Shown here: positions 1 through 26,500 of the stretch, one piece after another | Layout: each line of letters begins with the position of its first letter | Position numbering within the stretch: position 1 is the stretch's first letter | From: Amoebidium appalachense | Taxonomy: Eukaryota; Protista; Ichthyosporea | Reading direction: 5' to 3' | DNA: 64,000 bases | NCBI GenBank assembly: GCA_963693365.1 | Contig: CAVNZM010000001.1 | Span: 12,364,161-12,428,160, forward strand | Position numbers and translations under genes: made by a program | Notes under the pieces: model-generated | What the model saw: the letters and a program-made list of their open reading frames with translations, nothing else | Databases searched by the model: none | What the model was told of the DNA's origin: nothing

Positions 1-11858
<11,858 letters not shown>

Positions 11859-14663
11859 TTTCAATATATGCAAACAAAAAAAAAAACAGTTGTTTAATGT
11901 GTTATGTATACTGCTCAATATCGCAGAGTTGTTTCTCTTGAATTGCCTGTAAGTGGCATGAACGGCCACGGTCAAATGAAGGCTATTGTGGCGCGGGTCC
12001 TGCTCATATACCCGCGCGGGCCAGCCGGTCCGTTTTGAAGTCTCTGATTGAATTTTTAGAATAGCTAGTTCAGCTATTTGGTTTGCTCAAAATCACGACC
12101 GCCAAATTTTGACGCGCTTAAAGCCAATAGGATGTCTGGATCTCTGGAGCAAGACTGAGTACGCCGTCACCATGTACGAGCCGGGCGGAGAATAATGGTA
12201 CATACGGGCGGAGGAGAATAATGGTACAGTAACGTTTACCCCCTTATTTTTTCTCTGTCGTTCTGTCCTGTTAGATATTGACTACGAGTCCCTGGAACAA
12301 GGGTAACGCGGAGAAACTCCTCAGAACTGGGTGATGCGACTAGGTGTATGAGCATGATAGGCCTTAACTCGGCCGTTCTGTAAACGTACACGGGCACACG
12401 TGCACATGTGGATGTGCACGAAGAGTCAACTTTGAATTCACGCTTCACAACTTCACAAGGCGACCGCGAAACACATGCCCAATTATAATGCGAAGAATGC
12501 CAGCTATCAACCACTGAGAACATTTTTGTAGCGTGGCTTTTTGTCGCCATCTCCCAGATTCGTGTCAAAAGCCACCATGGGAAAGTCCATGGGAATACTG
12601 TGTCGGCGAGAGAAGCTTCAAGAAACAGCGCGCACCTCTGAAAAGAATGAATGCCAAAAAGCATTCATGAGAAAAGAGGCATGGAGGGTTGTGAACTCTC
12701 AACGTTCCCGTGTACATCATGCACGCATTGGCACGCTCCGGTGATCGGGTGAATGTGTTGTGTAGTTTAGAGAGAGGGGACCACTCTTTCGAGAAACGTT
12801 GAGAGGAGGCTTACTACTCATGACTCAGAGTGGGCCGAGGGAGCCGGATCCTCCTGAAGGGGGAAGAGGGGGGGGAGGGGGGGGATGAGGGCGGGGGATT
12901 TCGATGAGGGGAGGATGAGGGGGGGGGGGGAGGGGGGGGGAGGGGGGGGGGGGGAGGGAGGGGGGAAGGGGTATCAAAAGGGGAGGGGTGGGTACTGTTG
13001 TAGCTCTACTAAAACTTGGTACGGTACCGGTGGTGGTGGTTCATGTAATGTAACTGTGCCAAAGTGTACTCGGCTCCCGGGAATTTTCGGCAACGTCCCC
13101 CGATACCCCTGTGTGTCGGGAGATTGCATTAAATGAACACGAAATGCAGATTTCTACATTCCAATGTGAACACGCCAGCCAATCGGAGTCCTCCCCTTAT
13201 GACCCGAAGAGGCTAAGAGAGGAGGGCAACAGAACGTGACCTTCAACTATACTTTGGCCCAGCTACCTAACATGCGGCAAGACGAGAGAGAAAAATGGCA
13301 AAGACGATTACAAGTCAATGGCTAAGCTATTTAAACACTTATATTGGGGGCTTCATGAATGCTTGTGTAAGTGAGACCACGGGGAGCTCTATGCACCCAT
13401 CACTATTCAATCATGTGAATAGGGGCATTATGTTTATCCCAGGAAAAGGGCAAACAAAACTGCGACATCTCAAAGCCAATCGGGGGTCAGCAGAAGTGAG
13501 ATCCACCAATCGGCAGCGCCGACTCTAGTATGGGTATATAAACTCGTACTCCTGGCGCCATTCAGTCAGACTGCACTCACTTGGCTTTCGATCCCATCAA
13601 GACTACTTCCGGCGACGACTCCCCTGTGGCCTAATGTCGACAGCCCTTCACCCCGGGCTGCTTCGTCGACCCCCATTACAACCCTTCACCCAGGGTTCCT
13701 TCCTGCCCTTCACCCGGGCCTGCCTGCCCTTCACCCAGGGCCTCCCTGCACCTTCACCCCGGTGCTGACTGTGAGCCTACACTGCCTGTCACCCCGGGCC
13801 AGTGGCTTACACCACCCCACTACTGTGCAAGAACAAGTGTTTATTTTCGCCGTGCCACTCTTCTGTGTTTTGGGGGCAATACAAATACATAATATCCGCC
13901 GCTCTGATACGACGGCAAGGACAAGGACCGGCGCGGGGACCGCGACAACCGCCACCACAACAACCGCGCCGACAAGAAGAACTCCACGCGACAAGGAGAT
14001 GCACGACAAGAAAAAATGACGGGGCGGGGACACCGTGGATACTGCCTTTTGTGCTATTACTGTATGCGAGTCTTTACCCTCTTTACCCGAGGGTACCCTC
14101 TTTACCCGAGGGCTTAAGTGCACCTTCATCCGGTGCTTGTGTAGATGATGTACGAGTTACTGGATACAGTACATGTATAACTACCGTAGACAATAACACT
14201 GCCGATGTGAATATTCTCCCCGTACACGGGATCCCTGATGGGGTGGCCATGTTACCTATGGCTGCGACTGATGAAGAAACAAAAGACTCACACAGTATAC
14301 ATGCCACGGTGTCCGAGTCCCAGCCAGCAGTGTTCGACACTGCCACACACACACACACTGCACACACACACACCACACACACACACACGGGCGTTTCACC
14401 AAACGACCCCGCACCACAGGACACATGCTTACCCCCATGTGCCCCCCCCATTCAAGAATGTGGCCTCTCAAGTGCACAGACGGCCAAAGGTGTTACCCAC
14501 CTTACAGTAATACTGAGGGAATCACCCACCCTCCCACCCATGTGTACGCACACTGTGGCACACCAAAACGTTTGACGCTGCCCCTCCGGACCCTCCCCCT
14601 TCCGCCGCCCCTCCGCCCCCCACCCAGCCGCCACCGCAAATCCGCCCGACGCCAAGACATTTT

Positions 14664-15030
14664 GTGCCCATTTTCTTCTCCAACAACGTGCAGACATGTG
14701 CGTTGTATGACCTTGGCGCAGAAGTAACCCTTATGTCGAAGAAGTTGTGGCAGCTTGTGCACAGCGAACTTTCATGCGCACAGCTCTACACCACACACAC
14801 CAGCACGGTTAGCGGTGTCGAACCAAACACGGGCGGACTCACTATACGCGTCACTACACTAATCCCCTTTGTTGTGGGAAAGGTGCGTATGGAGTGGCCT
14901 GTGCTTGTGGTGGAGGCCATCAACGGACCTGACTTCATACTTGGGCGCGACTGGGACAAGGATTGGGCTACAACAAAAAACAACATCAACAACACACTTA
15001 CTCACTCCGCATGCGCCATATCGTTCACCT
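14664..15030 (+). pseudogene. Gypsy-type aspartic protease (retropepsin) remnant
   Basis: ALYDLGAEV (degenerate D-S/T-G-A) and the downstream hydrophobic-ILGRD motif. Confidence 0.75.
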
Positions 15031-17084
15031 TGTATCTGACGTGACGGGACATGGCTCGAGGGTGGAGAAGTACTCCTTGACGGGGCACACATGGACGTTG
15101 GAGGCCGAATCCCAGCAGGGGTCCATGAGGAGGGAAGCCGTGGTGGAGACGAGGGCAAAATGCACCTCTTTGCCAGTCTTGGTGCTGGCACGGTGACGAC
15201 GGCCGGGCATCGGAGCAGCCAGGTTTGTCACACTGAGTGACATGATGGTTCTCGTGGCAATAAGCACAGTCGAGGGAGCCAGTGGTCTTGGCACGGGGTT
15301 GGCTGTGATGACGGTTACCCCCTTTACGTGGGGGGTAGGGTGACCGGGAACGGGGACCGGGGGAACGGGACCGGGAGTAATCACGGTCGACGGAGGGGGA
15401 TCTATCATTGGGACGACCACGGGGGTGACGGAAGACGGAGCTGTCACGTCGGGGGATCCGGTGACGGAGGTCGTCCTTGGGAAGGACACGGCTTTGCAGG
15501 GCACGTGCTGTACGGACGGAGGAGGAAGACCCGGACCCAGAGTAGATGAGACCTTCACCGATCTCTGCAGCTCGGATGTCACTGATGAGACGGTTGTAGG
15601 TGTCGTAGCTGATGTGACGACGGAAATAATCGGCAATCATGGCCTGGATGTCGGAACAAACCAGCTTACGGTTCTTCTTGAGGTGGATGAATAAGTTGTC
15701 AACCATGGTCTTGTGGGGGATGGGCTCATCGAGGATGTGCAGGGTAGTGCACAGACGGCGTGCCATGGTGAGGTAAGCCGTGACGGTCTTGAAATCCTTG
15801 AGTTCAAGCTCATTGTACTCGAGGAGGATTTGACGAGCACGATCTTCACGTTCAGCCGCATAGGTCATACAGAGGTTGTGGAAAGCTTGGGCAGGTGACA
15901 CATCATCGTGGATTTGACCAGAGTTATACAGCTCATCATTGGAGACGAGTTGAGTAAACATCTGTTCAAGGAAGTTGGAAGCCTCGGTGTAGTCCTTCTC
16001 AGTGTCATAGCCGTGCCACTCGTTTTCGCCGGATTAGGATCGACCCACTCGGGGGCCTTGATGACGGGCACTAACTTGGCCGCGATGGTGGTACGTAGGT
16101 ACCAGATGATGACGGGTTCCCACTCATAATAGGTGAGACGTTTGCCGGACTTCTCGTCCGTGGTGTCCTCCCCTTTCCATTGGGTGAGGTTGAGGTACGC
16201 GGGCTTCTCCGACATGTTGATCGAACAGTCAGATGATGCGCGGGAGAGGAATCAGATCGGTATTCAAATGAATATTTTCGATTGCAGCGAGAAAATGTGT
16301 TGCGAGAGCGTGCGAAAATGGGCCTTTAACCTGTTGTTTTGTACGGGTCTAAGGGAGCAGAGTGCACAGAGGTGTCATGTAAAACACGATCAACACAATA
16401 AAGAGAGGGCAATCGGAGTTGTTCATGACACATGAAAGATTTCAAACAACAACTGACCTTTTATTGTGCTCTCGGGTCTTTTTGTACTTGCAACTTATCA
16501 TCTTATCTCAACTAAAAGAAGAGAACCAATCGGTTCTATCAGATGATAGAAAAACGCATTCCAACAGAGCATACACATTCCAACTTCCGACATAACTGAA
16601 GCCTAGAAACCCTTACTTAAATAACTTAAGTAATTATATTATACATCTTGTCACTATTAATACACATATATATTTATACTTGTCTCTATAAGAAACTCAT
16701 TTAAATACTTATATTTCCTAAAAGTCGACACTCTCAAAGTGAAGACACATTACGATAAACCGAATTCCATACATATCTATTGTGTCCAATCATAACACGT
16801 ACATTAATAGACAGGAATGCACAAAACGATCTATAGATGTACTCACTCGCGTCTATTGGTGAGTCATCTTATTGTGAACTAAAACTAAACCCCTTTGAAC
16901 TAAAACAAAGACAACGAATATAGCTAGCCAATCACGCTACTTCTCAGATAAACAGAGGAGAGCAAACACAGATAAGATACAATAAGTTCTATCAGGCAAG
17001 AGAGCCAGGTGTGCACGGATCTACAGATATCTGTGCACACAGAAACAAGGGAGAGAGAGAGATACGGGGGGGGGGGGGGGGGGG

Positions 17085-17130
<46 letters not shown>

Positions 17131-17248
17131 AAAAAGGGAGAGAGGGGGGGAGAGCACAAAGAAGGAGAGCAGACACGAATACAAACAAAGCTAAGACACA
17201 TAAATACTTCAAGACTCTTGCTGTCCTACGTAGTGACGTATTCCAACA
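15030..17248 (-). mobile_element. Truncated Ty1/Copia element (family B): 5' LTR, gag and start of protease, nested in the Gypsy element
   Basis: LTR 16332-17248 reads TGTTGGAA...AACAACA on the minus strand, followed by a degenerate copia PBS (GGTTAAAGGCCC). Frameshifted gag (ORFs 15865-16215, 15002-15961) with zinc knuckle CAYCHENHHVTQC. Copia protease motif WDSASNVHVC at ~15085-15115, then abrupt truncation. Confidence 0.85.
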
Positions 17249-17482
17249 CAGAACGTTACCGCCATCCACACCCTTTCCGTCGACGACATTGAATCGTGTG
17301 TTGACAAATCTGTCCGTGGGCCTCCACCACTTGGCAATCACAGAAGACCTTCCTGTTACTGGACAGGACCACGGTTGGAACGAAGTCAACAGCGACGAAA
17401 GAGAGGTTACCGCTATTCTGGATATGAAGATCGTCACCCCCCGCGCCACCGCAACCGTCGCCAAGTCCCACAACCCCACTAC

Positions 17483-18320
17483 TGTCATCTACACATGGAT
17501 AACGGCAAGAACTTAGAAGTTGAGTTATACATATGTTTATTAGTTTGTTGTTGTTCGTTTCCTTTTCCCTTTTTCCTTTCTTTCTTTCCCGTTTCCGTGT
17601 GCACAGATATCGTTGATCTGTGTACACACCGAGCCACTTGGCCCACGTACATGTAATGTCGTTTACGTTTTTACTAAATTTACATGGTGCGTTCGTGTCC
17701 GATAGTTGTCCAATCAGATCTCGCTTAATTTCCCCAAATATAGAAACCTACATTCCTCCTTTATTCCACTCGATTCCTTTCCCATTCCATTCCTTTCTAT
17801 CCTCGAGATTCCTTTTACTTCTTTTCCCACGATGTACTAGTAGAATTGCTCTATGTTCCCCAGCTATTAGGAATACTTATGTTTAGACGTGTTTATGTTA
17901 ACTTAGGAACATGTATAAATATATGATGTGAACTAATAGATATATAATTATGTGGTTTCATTTATTTAGCTTTAGTAAATGTTTTCATGCTTTCATTAGA
18001 AGATTACGATTTATCTTCTATGTGTCGACAGGTATTTCGATTTATTTGCCCTCGTAGTTTTCGTCCTTTTGATTGGCTTAGCAGATTTATTTGCCCTCTT
18101 AGTTTCGTTCTTTTGATTGACTTAGCATTTGTCGGCTCCACATCTCTGCGTATAAAAAGGACTTCACCTTGAAATAAATATCAAGCAGTTGAAAACATTT
18201 CAAGTCGTCTCACAAACCGTTCCACCTCTCCGGTGTGTTTTTCCTGTGTGTCTGTGTGTTGTGTATATCATAACACCCATGTGTGCACTCTGCTTCTCCG
18301 TTTACCCACACAAAACAACA
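17483..18320 (+). mobile_element. Solo LTR (distant relative of Copia family B) inserted in the Gypsy chromodomain
   Basis: TG...CA ends; 5-bp TSD ACTAC at 17478-17482 and 18321-18325; ends in ...ACAAAACAACA and shares GTGCACAGATATC and GTGCACTCTGCT blocks with family B LTRs. Confidence 0.8.
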
Positions 18321-18813
18321 ACTACCTCATGCGCTTTAAGGACTACCCACGAGTCGGCGATCTATGGTTGCCGCTTTCGGCGCTGCGCTGCCCAGAACTC
18401 CTCCAAGAATTCCACAGCAAACACGTATCCGAAGGGGTGATCAATTCGCTAACCTCGACGACACCACCACCCCCTCCTCCCACCACCACCACCGATATCT
18501 CCGCCGCTTTGGTCAACATTCCACCCGTCAATGTGCTCGCATATATTTGGACGGCGCGCGAAATCGCGGAAACCATCACCCGGCCCACCGCTGTCACCAC
18601 TGTATCATACAAGTTCCCTCCTTCCGTCAGCGCCCTTGTCCAATACCATCGACATTAATCCAGCCGACGGGGTCGCCGGCTTACTTTAGAGGGGGGAGTG
18701 ATGTTATGGAACCGTGCCAAAGTGTACTCGGCTCCCGGGAATTTTTGGCAACGTCCCCCGATACCCCTGGGTGTCGGGAGATTGCATTAAATGAACACGA
18801 AATGCAGATTTCT

Positions 18814-19357
18814 CGTTCTGATAGAGAAATCAAAGGTAAAACTCAGTCGGCATGTGTTCTGTTCCTTAGGCAACACCGTACTGATCATTATCGCTTTTTG
18901 GGAGCTTTGGCAGGATACATTTCTCCTGCTGTACGTATGGATACCACCCTAGTAGATAAGTCTGTATGGTGCTCTAATGTTGATATTGCCTGGGAAGTTG
19001 TGCAGTGGCGCAGTAATTCTTGTTTTCATCGCCGCTGGTGCCACTTTTGTGCTGACCTTTTTAATCGCAAGCATGTTGATAGGTGTGAATTTTTATGTCG
19101 CATTTTACCTCTTTCCCTCCTGGTATCTGCTACCCTAGCTGGCAATGTGAACACTTTAGACTTTTTGTTGAATTCTGTTGGTCGTCACATTGAGTATTTA
19201 TATGATTTTCACACAGTGTTCAGGTATCTCAGTATGCACTTGTTACTGGATAACTCGTGAAGTTTTTTATTGTCTTCTCAGTATGCCGTGCATACTTGTC
19301 ATATCTTTCCGTCGAATAAATCCAGTCAAAAGAAAAAAAAAAAAAAAAAAAAAAAAA
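18814..19357 (+). mobile_element. 5'-truncated LINE 3' fragment (family D) with poly(A), inserted in the Gypsy 3' LTR
   Basis: Closely similar to 34697-35230; ends AATAAATCCAGTCAAAAG(A)n; TSD AGATTTCT at 18806-18813 and 19358-19365; absent from the other two family A LTRs. Confidence 0.85.
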
Positions 19358-20326
19358 AGATTTCTACATTCCAATGTGAACACGCCAGACAATCGGAGTC
19401 CTCCCCTTTTGGCCCGAAGAGGCTAAGAGAGGAGGGCAACACTGGCAGAACGTGACCTTCAACTATACTTTGGCCCAGCTACCTAACATGCGGCAAGACG
19501 AGAGAGAAAAATGGCAAAGACGATTACAAGTCAATGCCTAAGATATTTCAACACCTATATTGGGGGCTTCATGAACTTCTGCTTGTGTAAGTAAGACCAC
19601 GGGGAACTCTATGCACCCATCACTATTCAATCATGTGAATAGGGACATTATGTTTATCCCAGGAAAAGGGGCAAACAAAACTGCGACACCTCTGAGCCAA
19701 TCGGGTGTCAGCAGAAGTGAGATCCACCAATCGGCTGCGCCGACTCTTGTACACTCAGTGGGTATATAAACTTGTACTCCCGGCGCCATTCAGTCAGAGT
19801 CTGACTCAGTCTGCACTCACTCGGCTTTCGATCACATCAAGACTACTTCCGGCGACGACTCCCCTGTGGCCTAAGGTCGACAGCCTTTCACCCCGGGCTG
19901 CTTCGTCAACCCCCATTACTACCCTTCACCCACGGTTCCTTCCTGGCCTTGTGGTCACCCGGGCCTGCCTGCCCTTCACCCAGGGCCTCCCTGCACCTTC
20001 ACCCCGGACCAGCTGACTGTGAGCCTACACTGCCCTTCACCCCGGGCCAGTGGCTTACACCACCCCACTACTGTGCAAGAACAAGTGTTTATTTTCGCCG
20101 TGCCCCTCTTCTGTGTTGTGGGGGCATTACAAATACATAACACTTGTGACCTGTGCCGCTGTCGGTCGTGACACGCACATACTGGATCACGACGGTCCTG
20201 TGCACACGATAGATTATGCATACACCATATGTACATATGATATTATGCATGTACATGTTTATGCACCATGTATTTGATCATATATATAAGCATATGAAAG
20301 ATTATACTTGAAATATTGTAGGTATT

Positions 20327-21072
20327 TGTTGTTTTGTACGGGTCTAAGGGAGCAGAGTGCACAGAGGTGTCATGTAAAACACGACTAACACATTAATGAG
20401 AGGGCAATCGGAGTTGTTCACGAGACATTGAAAGATTTCAAACAACAACTGATTCTTTATTGTGCTCTCGGTTCCTTTTGTACTTGCGACTTATCACCTT
20501 ATCACAACTAAAGAGGGAGAACCAATCGGTTCTATCAGAAGATAGAAAAACACATTCCGACAGAGCATACACATTCCAACTTCCGATTAAACTAAAGTGT
20601 AGAAACTCTTACTTAAATAAATTAAGTAATTATACATCTAGTCACTATTAACTCACATATATATTTATGTTCGTCTCTATAAAGAAACTTATTTAAATAC
20701 ATATATTTCCTAACAGTCGACACTCTCAAAGTGAAGACACTTTGCAATAAACCGAATTCCATATATATCTATTGTCCAATCACAACACACATATATTAAC
20801 AGACAGGAATGCACAACACAATCTACAGATGTACTCGCTCGCGACTATTGGCGAGCCATCCTTTTGAGAACAAAACTAGGCCATTTTGAAATAAAGGAAA
20901 GACAACGAGTGAGGCTAGCCAATCACGCTACCTCTCAGATAAACAGAGGAGAGCAAACAGAAATAAAATACAATAAGTTCTTATCAGGCAAGAGAGCCAG
21001 GTGTGCACAGATCTACAGATATCTGTGCCCACAGAAACAAGGGAGAGAGAGATACGGGGGGGGGGGGGGGGG

Positions 21073-21130
<58 letters not shown>

Positions 21131-24100
21131 GAGAGAGGGAGAGCACAAAGAAGGAAAGCAGACACGAATACAAACAAGCTAGGACACATACATACTTCAA
21201 GGCTCTTGCTGTCATACATGGTGACGTATTCCAACATCCCCACTCAAGGGGTTGAAGTTTGTGTTCTCGTGTCTGTTGATGTGACGGTAGATGAGGTCCA
21301 AACACAGGAGGGGCCGTCACACTCAAGTTTCCCCACTCGAGGATGCAAACCGAAGATCCTTGAGGTGGGAAGGAGAGAATCAAAACTGAAGAGGCACACA
21401 ACGACGGTTGCCTCTGAAGACTCGAAATAAGAAATCATGGTGGTTATCGGCGATATATATATATATATAGGAAACACTAGTGTATGTGTGACGTGTTGGT
21501 GGCTAATGGTTTATACTGGGGACCACCCAGGTAAACACAAGGCATGAACATCTTGTGGACTGATTTATAGACTGGTGGTCAACCAGTTAAGACACGGGGA
21601 AGGTGCATCCCGTGGACTAGGTTTAGACTGGCAGTCAACCAGCACGTCATGGCTATAGATAATTATTTATACTGGGACGCCATCCCAGTTCGACATATAT
21701 ATAAGTCGAATATAGAAGAAAACCAATATATATGGTGGGATATGAATATAAATAAACGACGGATGGTGGAGAATAATCCCCACTGAAGATGCACACATAT
21801 GACGATGGAAGACTGAGTCCCCACTGATGAAGAGAAACGATGAGGAGTAGTAGACTTTCGTTGGGAGGCATCTTGATCACCGTAGGTGTGTCAACTGCTG
21901 TCCAGGGCCCCAACCTACTCAGAAACCACTCGATGATGAACACCAGTGCACGGGTCAGTCACGGAGACTGAGGTTGGCACGGTGTGTGTCGTGGGCCGGA
22001 CCAGCCAGAGGCTTGGTGAAGATATCGGCCAGGTTCTTCTTGGTGTCGATGTAGGTGACAGTGACGTCCCCACTGTTGATGTAGTCCTTGGTGTAGAAGT
22101 AACGACGGGGGACGGGATGGAGGGGCTCAGGGGCCGGGGGAGTGTCTGGGACAGACACTCGGGGTTCGGGGATGGGAGCCTGGATGGCGGGGATGGGTGC
22201 CGTGTTGAGGGGGGAGTCGGATGACACGGGGCTGGACAGGGCCGAGTGGAACTCCGGAGACCCAGGACGAACCGGGGTTAGATGACCAGGTACGTGGTCA
22301 TTGACGGCAGGGGCCGGCAGCAGGGGTTGCTGGCCGGTGGGTGGGTGGGTGGGTGGACCCACGGGGGCAGGCACACGACGGGGGGAACGACGGAGAATCA
22401 CTGACTGAATCTCATCGTCATCGGAGTGAGGATCCAGGGACGGCAGTGATGGATCGATTGAAGTCGGCTGATTGGTGGTCGGCACAGAAATCTGATTGGA
22501 TGCCGTGGTGAATTGTGATTCGTCAAAGACAGGGGCTTCGGAAACGGGGGCAGGCAGCACGGTAGGCTGGCTAGAAACGTGGATGGGAACGGCCGGACCT
22601 GGCAGCACGTGTTGCTTGCCGGGGTCGGGGGGTAACGGGGGGGAAACAGCTGCAGGGGTAACTGGGGCCCGTGCAGGGTTTGGGGGAGCTGAGAGCTCGA
22701 CGAGGCTGGCCACGTGATCGGAGGAAACTGCTGCCGGAATGCGGGGCAGATCCATGGAATGTGAGGGGTCCGGCGACAGTGACGGCACGGTGGTGGGAAC
22801 AGGGTTGGAAATCCTGGAAGGGAGCATGTTGGACGACATGGTAAACGGTTCTGGCAGGGACTCGGGGCCGGGACTCCTATGGAGTAGGAAAGCACAAAGT
22901 GCTTGGACTGTGTTGAACACGGGAGACTGGAAAGAAGTACCGAATTTGGGTACTTCAGATGGACTTGAGGGAGGATAGTCAAGTCGGATCGAGACGGGGT
23001 GTCAAATGATCGTCGATCGGAATGGAGCCGGGGTTTGAAATTTGACGAGTGATTGGGATTTCGATGTTATGGAATGGGAGCCTCCGGGGCAGACAGGGAG
23101 GCGCGGTGGAGACCACGTCGGGACAGGGGGACACGTCATGAAGTGTCAAAGAAGAACTTGGAGCGCGACGGCAGAACCAAGGGTGGAGGAAGGTTTGACG
23201 TGACGGAGAGGAACCAGGACGGAACTGGAATGAGGGCAAGCTGAAACTTGCAAGGATGGCACGATTGTCAAGGCATGACAGAAGCTCTTGTCAAGATGAG
23301 TCAGATCTTGTCAAGGGGAGTGACGGAGGACCGGTTACGGCCGGTCGCGGGAGGAGCCGAGAGGCTAGGTGACGGCGGGAAGTGCCAGAGACGGAATGTG
23401 CAGAAAAGCACAGACGGGTTTAGGGGACGCCAGGGAGAGATGTACACGGCCTCAGCACCAAGAGGAAGGGGGGGCGGCGTCAATTCACGGAATAGGTACT
23501 CAACGTTAACACGCAAGTGACCATTAGATGAGGTGCATGAGGAGCTGACCACAGCTATGATGTGTACCAGGAATTTAACGATTGCTAGTGTGTTGCGAGA
23601 GGGTGCGAAAATGGGCCCATAACCTGTTGTTTTGTACGGGTCTAAGGGAGCAGAGTGCACAGAGGTGTCATGTAAAACACGACTAACACATTAATGAGAG
23701 GGCAATCGGAGTTGTTCACGAGACATTGAAAGATTTCAAACAACAACTGATTCTTTATTGTGCTCTCGGTTCCTTTTGTACTTGCGACTTATCACCTTAT
23801 CACAACTAAAGAGGGAGAACCAATCGGTTCTATCAGAAGATAGAAAAACACATTCCGACAGAGCATACGCATTCCAACTTCCGATTAAACTAAAGTGTAG
23901 AAACTCTTACTTAAATAAATTAAGTAATTATACATCTAGTCACTATTAACTCACATATATATTTATGTTCGTCTCTATAAAGAAACTTATTTAAATACAT
24001 ATATTTCCTAACAGTCGACACTCTCAAAGTGAAGACACTTTGCAATAAACCGAATTCCATATATATCTATTGTCCAATCACAACACACATATATTAACAG

Positions 24101-24369
24101 ACAGGAATGCACAACACAATCTACAGATGTACTCGCTCGCGACTATTGGCGAGCCATCCTTTTGAGAACAAAACTAGGCCATTTTGAAATAAAGGAAAGA
24201 CAACGAGTGAGGCTAGCCAATCACGCTACCTCTCAGATAAACAGAGGAGAGCAAACAGAAATAAAATACAATAAGTTCTTATCAGGCAAGAGAGCCAGGT
24301 GTGCACAGATCTACAGATATCTGTGCCCACAGAAACAAGGGAGAGAGAGATACGGGGGGGGGGGGGGGG

Positions 24370-24425
<56 letters not shown>

Positions 24426-24531
24426 GAGAGAGGGAGAGCACAAAGAAGGAAAGCAGACACGAATACAAACAAGCTAGGACACATACATACTTCAAGGCTC
24501 TTGCTGTCATACATGGTGACGTATTCCAACA
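20327..24531 (-). mobile_element. Young non-autonomous Ty1/Copia-derived LTR element (family B LTRs)
   Basis: Near-identical LTRs 20327-21236 and 23625-24531; TSD GTATT at 20322-20326 and 24532-24536; classic copia half-tRNAiMet PBS GGTTATGGGCCCAT (23611-23624); PPT adjacent to 21237; ORF 21955-22920 ends in a copia RNase H tail (YIDTKKNLADIFTKPL). Confidence 0.92.
21955..22920 (-). CDS. Pro/Ser-rich ORF fused to the last ~45 aa of Copia RNase H (internal ORF of the non-autonomous element)
   Basis: 321-aa open frame; only the C-terminus RRYFYTKDYINSGDVTVTYIDTKKNLADIFTKPL is recognisable. Confidence 0.5.
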   Translation of the reverse strand: MFNTVQALCAFLLHRSPGPESLPEPFTMSSNMLPSRISNPVPTTVPSLSPDPSHSMDLPRIPAAVSSDHVASLVELSAPPNPARAPVTPAAVSPPLPPDPGKQHVLPGPAVPIHVSSQPTVLPAPVSEAPVFDESQFTTASNQISVPTTNQPTSIDPSLPSLDPHSDDDEIQSVILRRSPRRVPAPVGPPTHPPTGQQPLLPAPAVNDHVPGHLTPVRPGSPEFHSALSSPVSSDSPLNTAPIPAIQAPIPEPRVSVPDTPPAPEPLHPVPRRYFYTKDYINSGDVTVTYIDTKKNLADIFTKPLAGPAHDTHRANLSLRD

Positions 24532-25439
24532 GTATTGTAGGTACACACTGCACAGGCGGCCGCCAGGAGTGCTGTGTGTTTGATGCGACCGCGGAAGCGC
24601 GAGATCGATTAATCGTAAACTGAGTTTGCGATTGAAACTTTATTTATGACATTGTTGCTAGGCTTTCTTTTATGTTACACCGAAGCTCACAGTCTTATGC
24701 TAGGTAAGAGCGAGGACGTCGACGTCCATGAAACGGTTGCATGTGGGCCAATAGCAGCTTTTCGGCAATTCTAGACCATGTAGTGAACGCTTAAAGCAAT
24801 ATATGGGATATTGTACGAAGTGGGCGTGGCTAAACATCTTCTCTTCCCGTTTTTCCCGTTTACTGGAGGGGCTTACTGCAGTAATCTACTGAACAGAAAC
24901 GAAAAGGGTTTCTAACTCTTGTTTTGCAACACAAGTACCCCCTTTTCTCATTTGGCTCAGTCTTTCTTCCCTTTCAAAGGACGCTTGGAAACACTCTGTA
25001 TTGTTCCTGTCGTCTGCTGCCCTCGCCTCCAGGAAATTTATAAACTTAACAACATATAAGTTGAGACACAGTCTCCCTTTTTTCATGCAAGCTATTACTT
25101 AACTACTTCCATCTGCCTTGACCGTGGTGTTAGCACGGGGATACATCACACACCGTTTGGTGTGCCTTTGACGTTTCAATCATGTCCTGCTGTTCACGCG
25201 CCGCTGTTTCTTCGAGAATACACGAGCAAGTAACGACGACCTTGACTAGGATAGGAAAAATGTTTACCGGGGACAGCAACCGTGTGCGTTCTGGATACTT
25301 CTGGAAAGCTTTTGTAGGTGCCCTCAGAGCTGGCGTGCAACGTTTTTCCTTTTAGGTGTTAATAGATTTCTGTGGGTGCGATATGGCTTGACGTTCCATC
25401 CTTGTTCCTGAGGGATATTCCCTTTACCCGAACCGCTTC

Positions 25440-26500
<1,061 letters not shown>

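Larger units (their letters stand above)
13044..20142 (+). mobile_element. Degenerate Ty3/Gypsy chromovirus-type LTR retrotransposon (family A) carrying nested insertions
   Basis: 5' LTR 13044-13894 and 3' LTR 18702-20142 (TGTTATG...CATAACA termini; variant TGTAATG...CATAATA in the 5' LTR). PPT AGAGGGGGGAGTGA 18688-18701. Retropepsin ALYDLGAEVTLM...DFILGRDW at 14664-15040. Chromodomain split between EREVTAILDMK (~17395) and YLMRFKDYP...LWLP...CPELLQEF (18323-18412). No RT, RNase H or integrase core recognised. Confidence 0.85.

Noticed and set aside
12236-12744. 142-aa minus ORF and 67-aa plus ORF upstream of copy 1
   Set aside because: No recognisable motif, splice structure or repeat boundaries.
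13895-13912. GCTCTGATACGA resembling an initiator-tRNA PBS next to the Gypsy 5' LTR
   Set aside because: It is in the wrong orientation to serve as PBS for this LTR and has a mismatch; no self-priming complement found by eye, so the priming mode is left uncalled.
18364-19260. 298-aa ORF spanning Gypsy interior, LTR and LINE insert
   Set aside because: Chance read-through across three unrelated pieces; the chromodomain is in a different frame.
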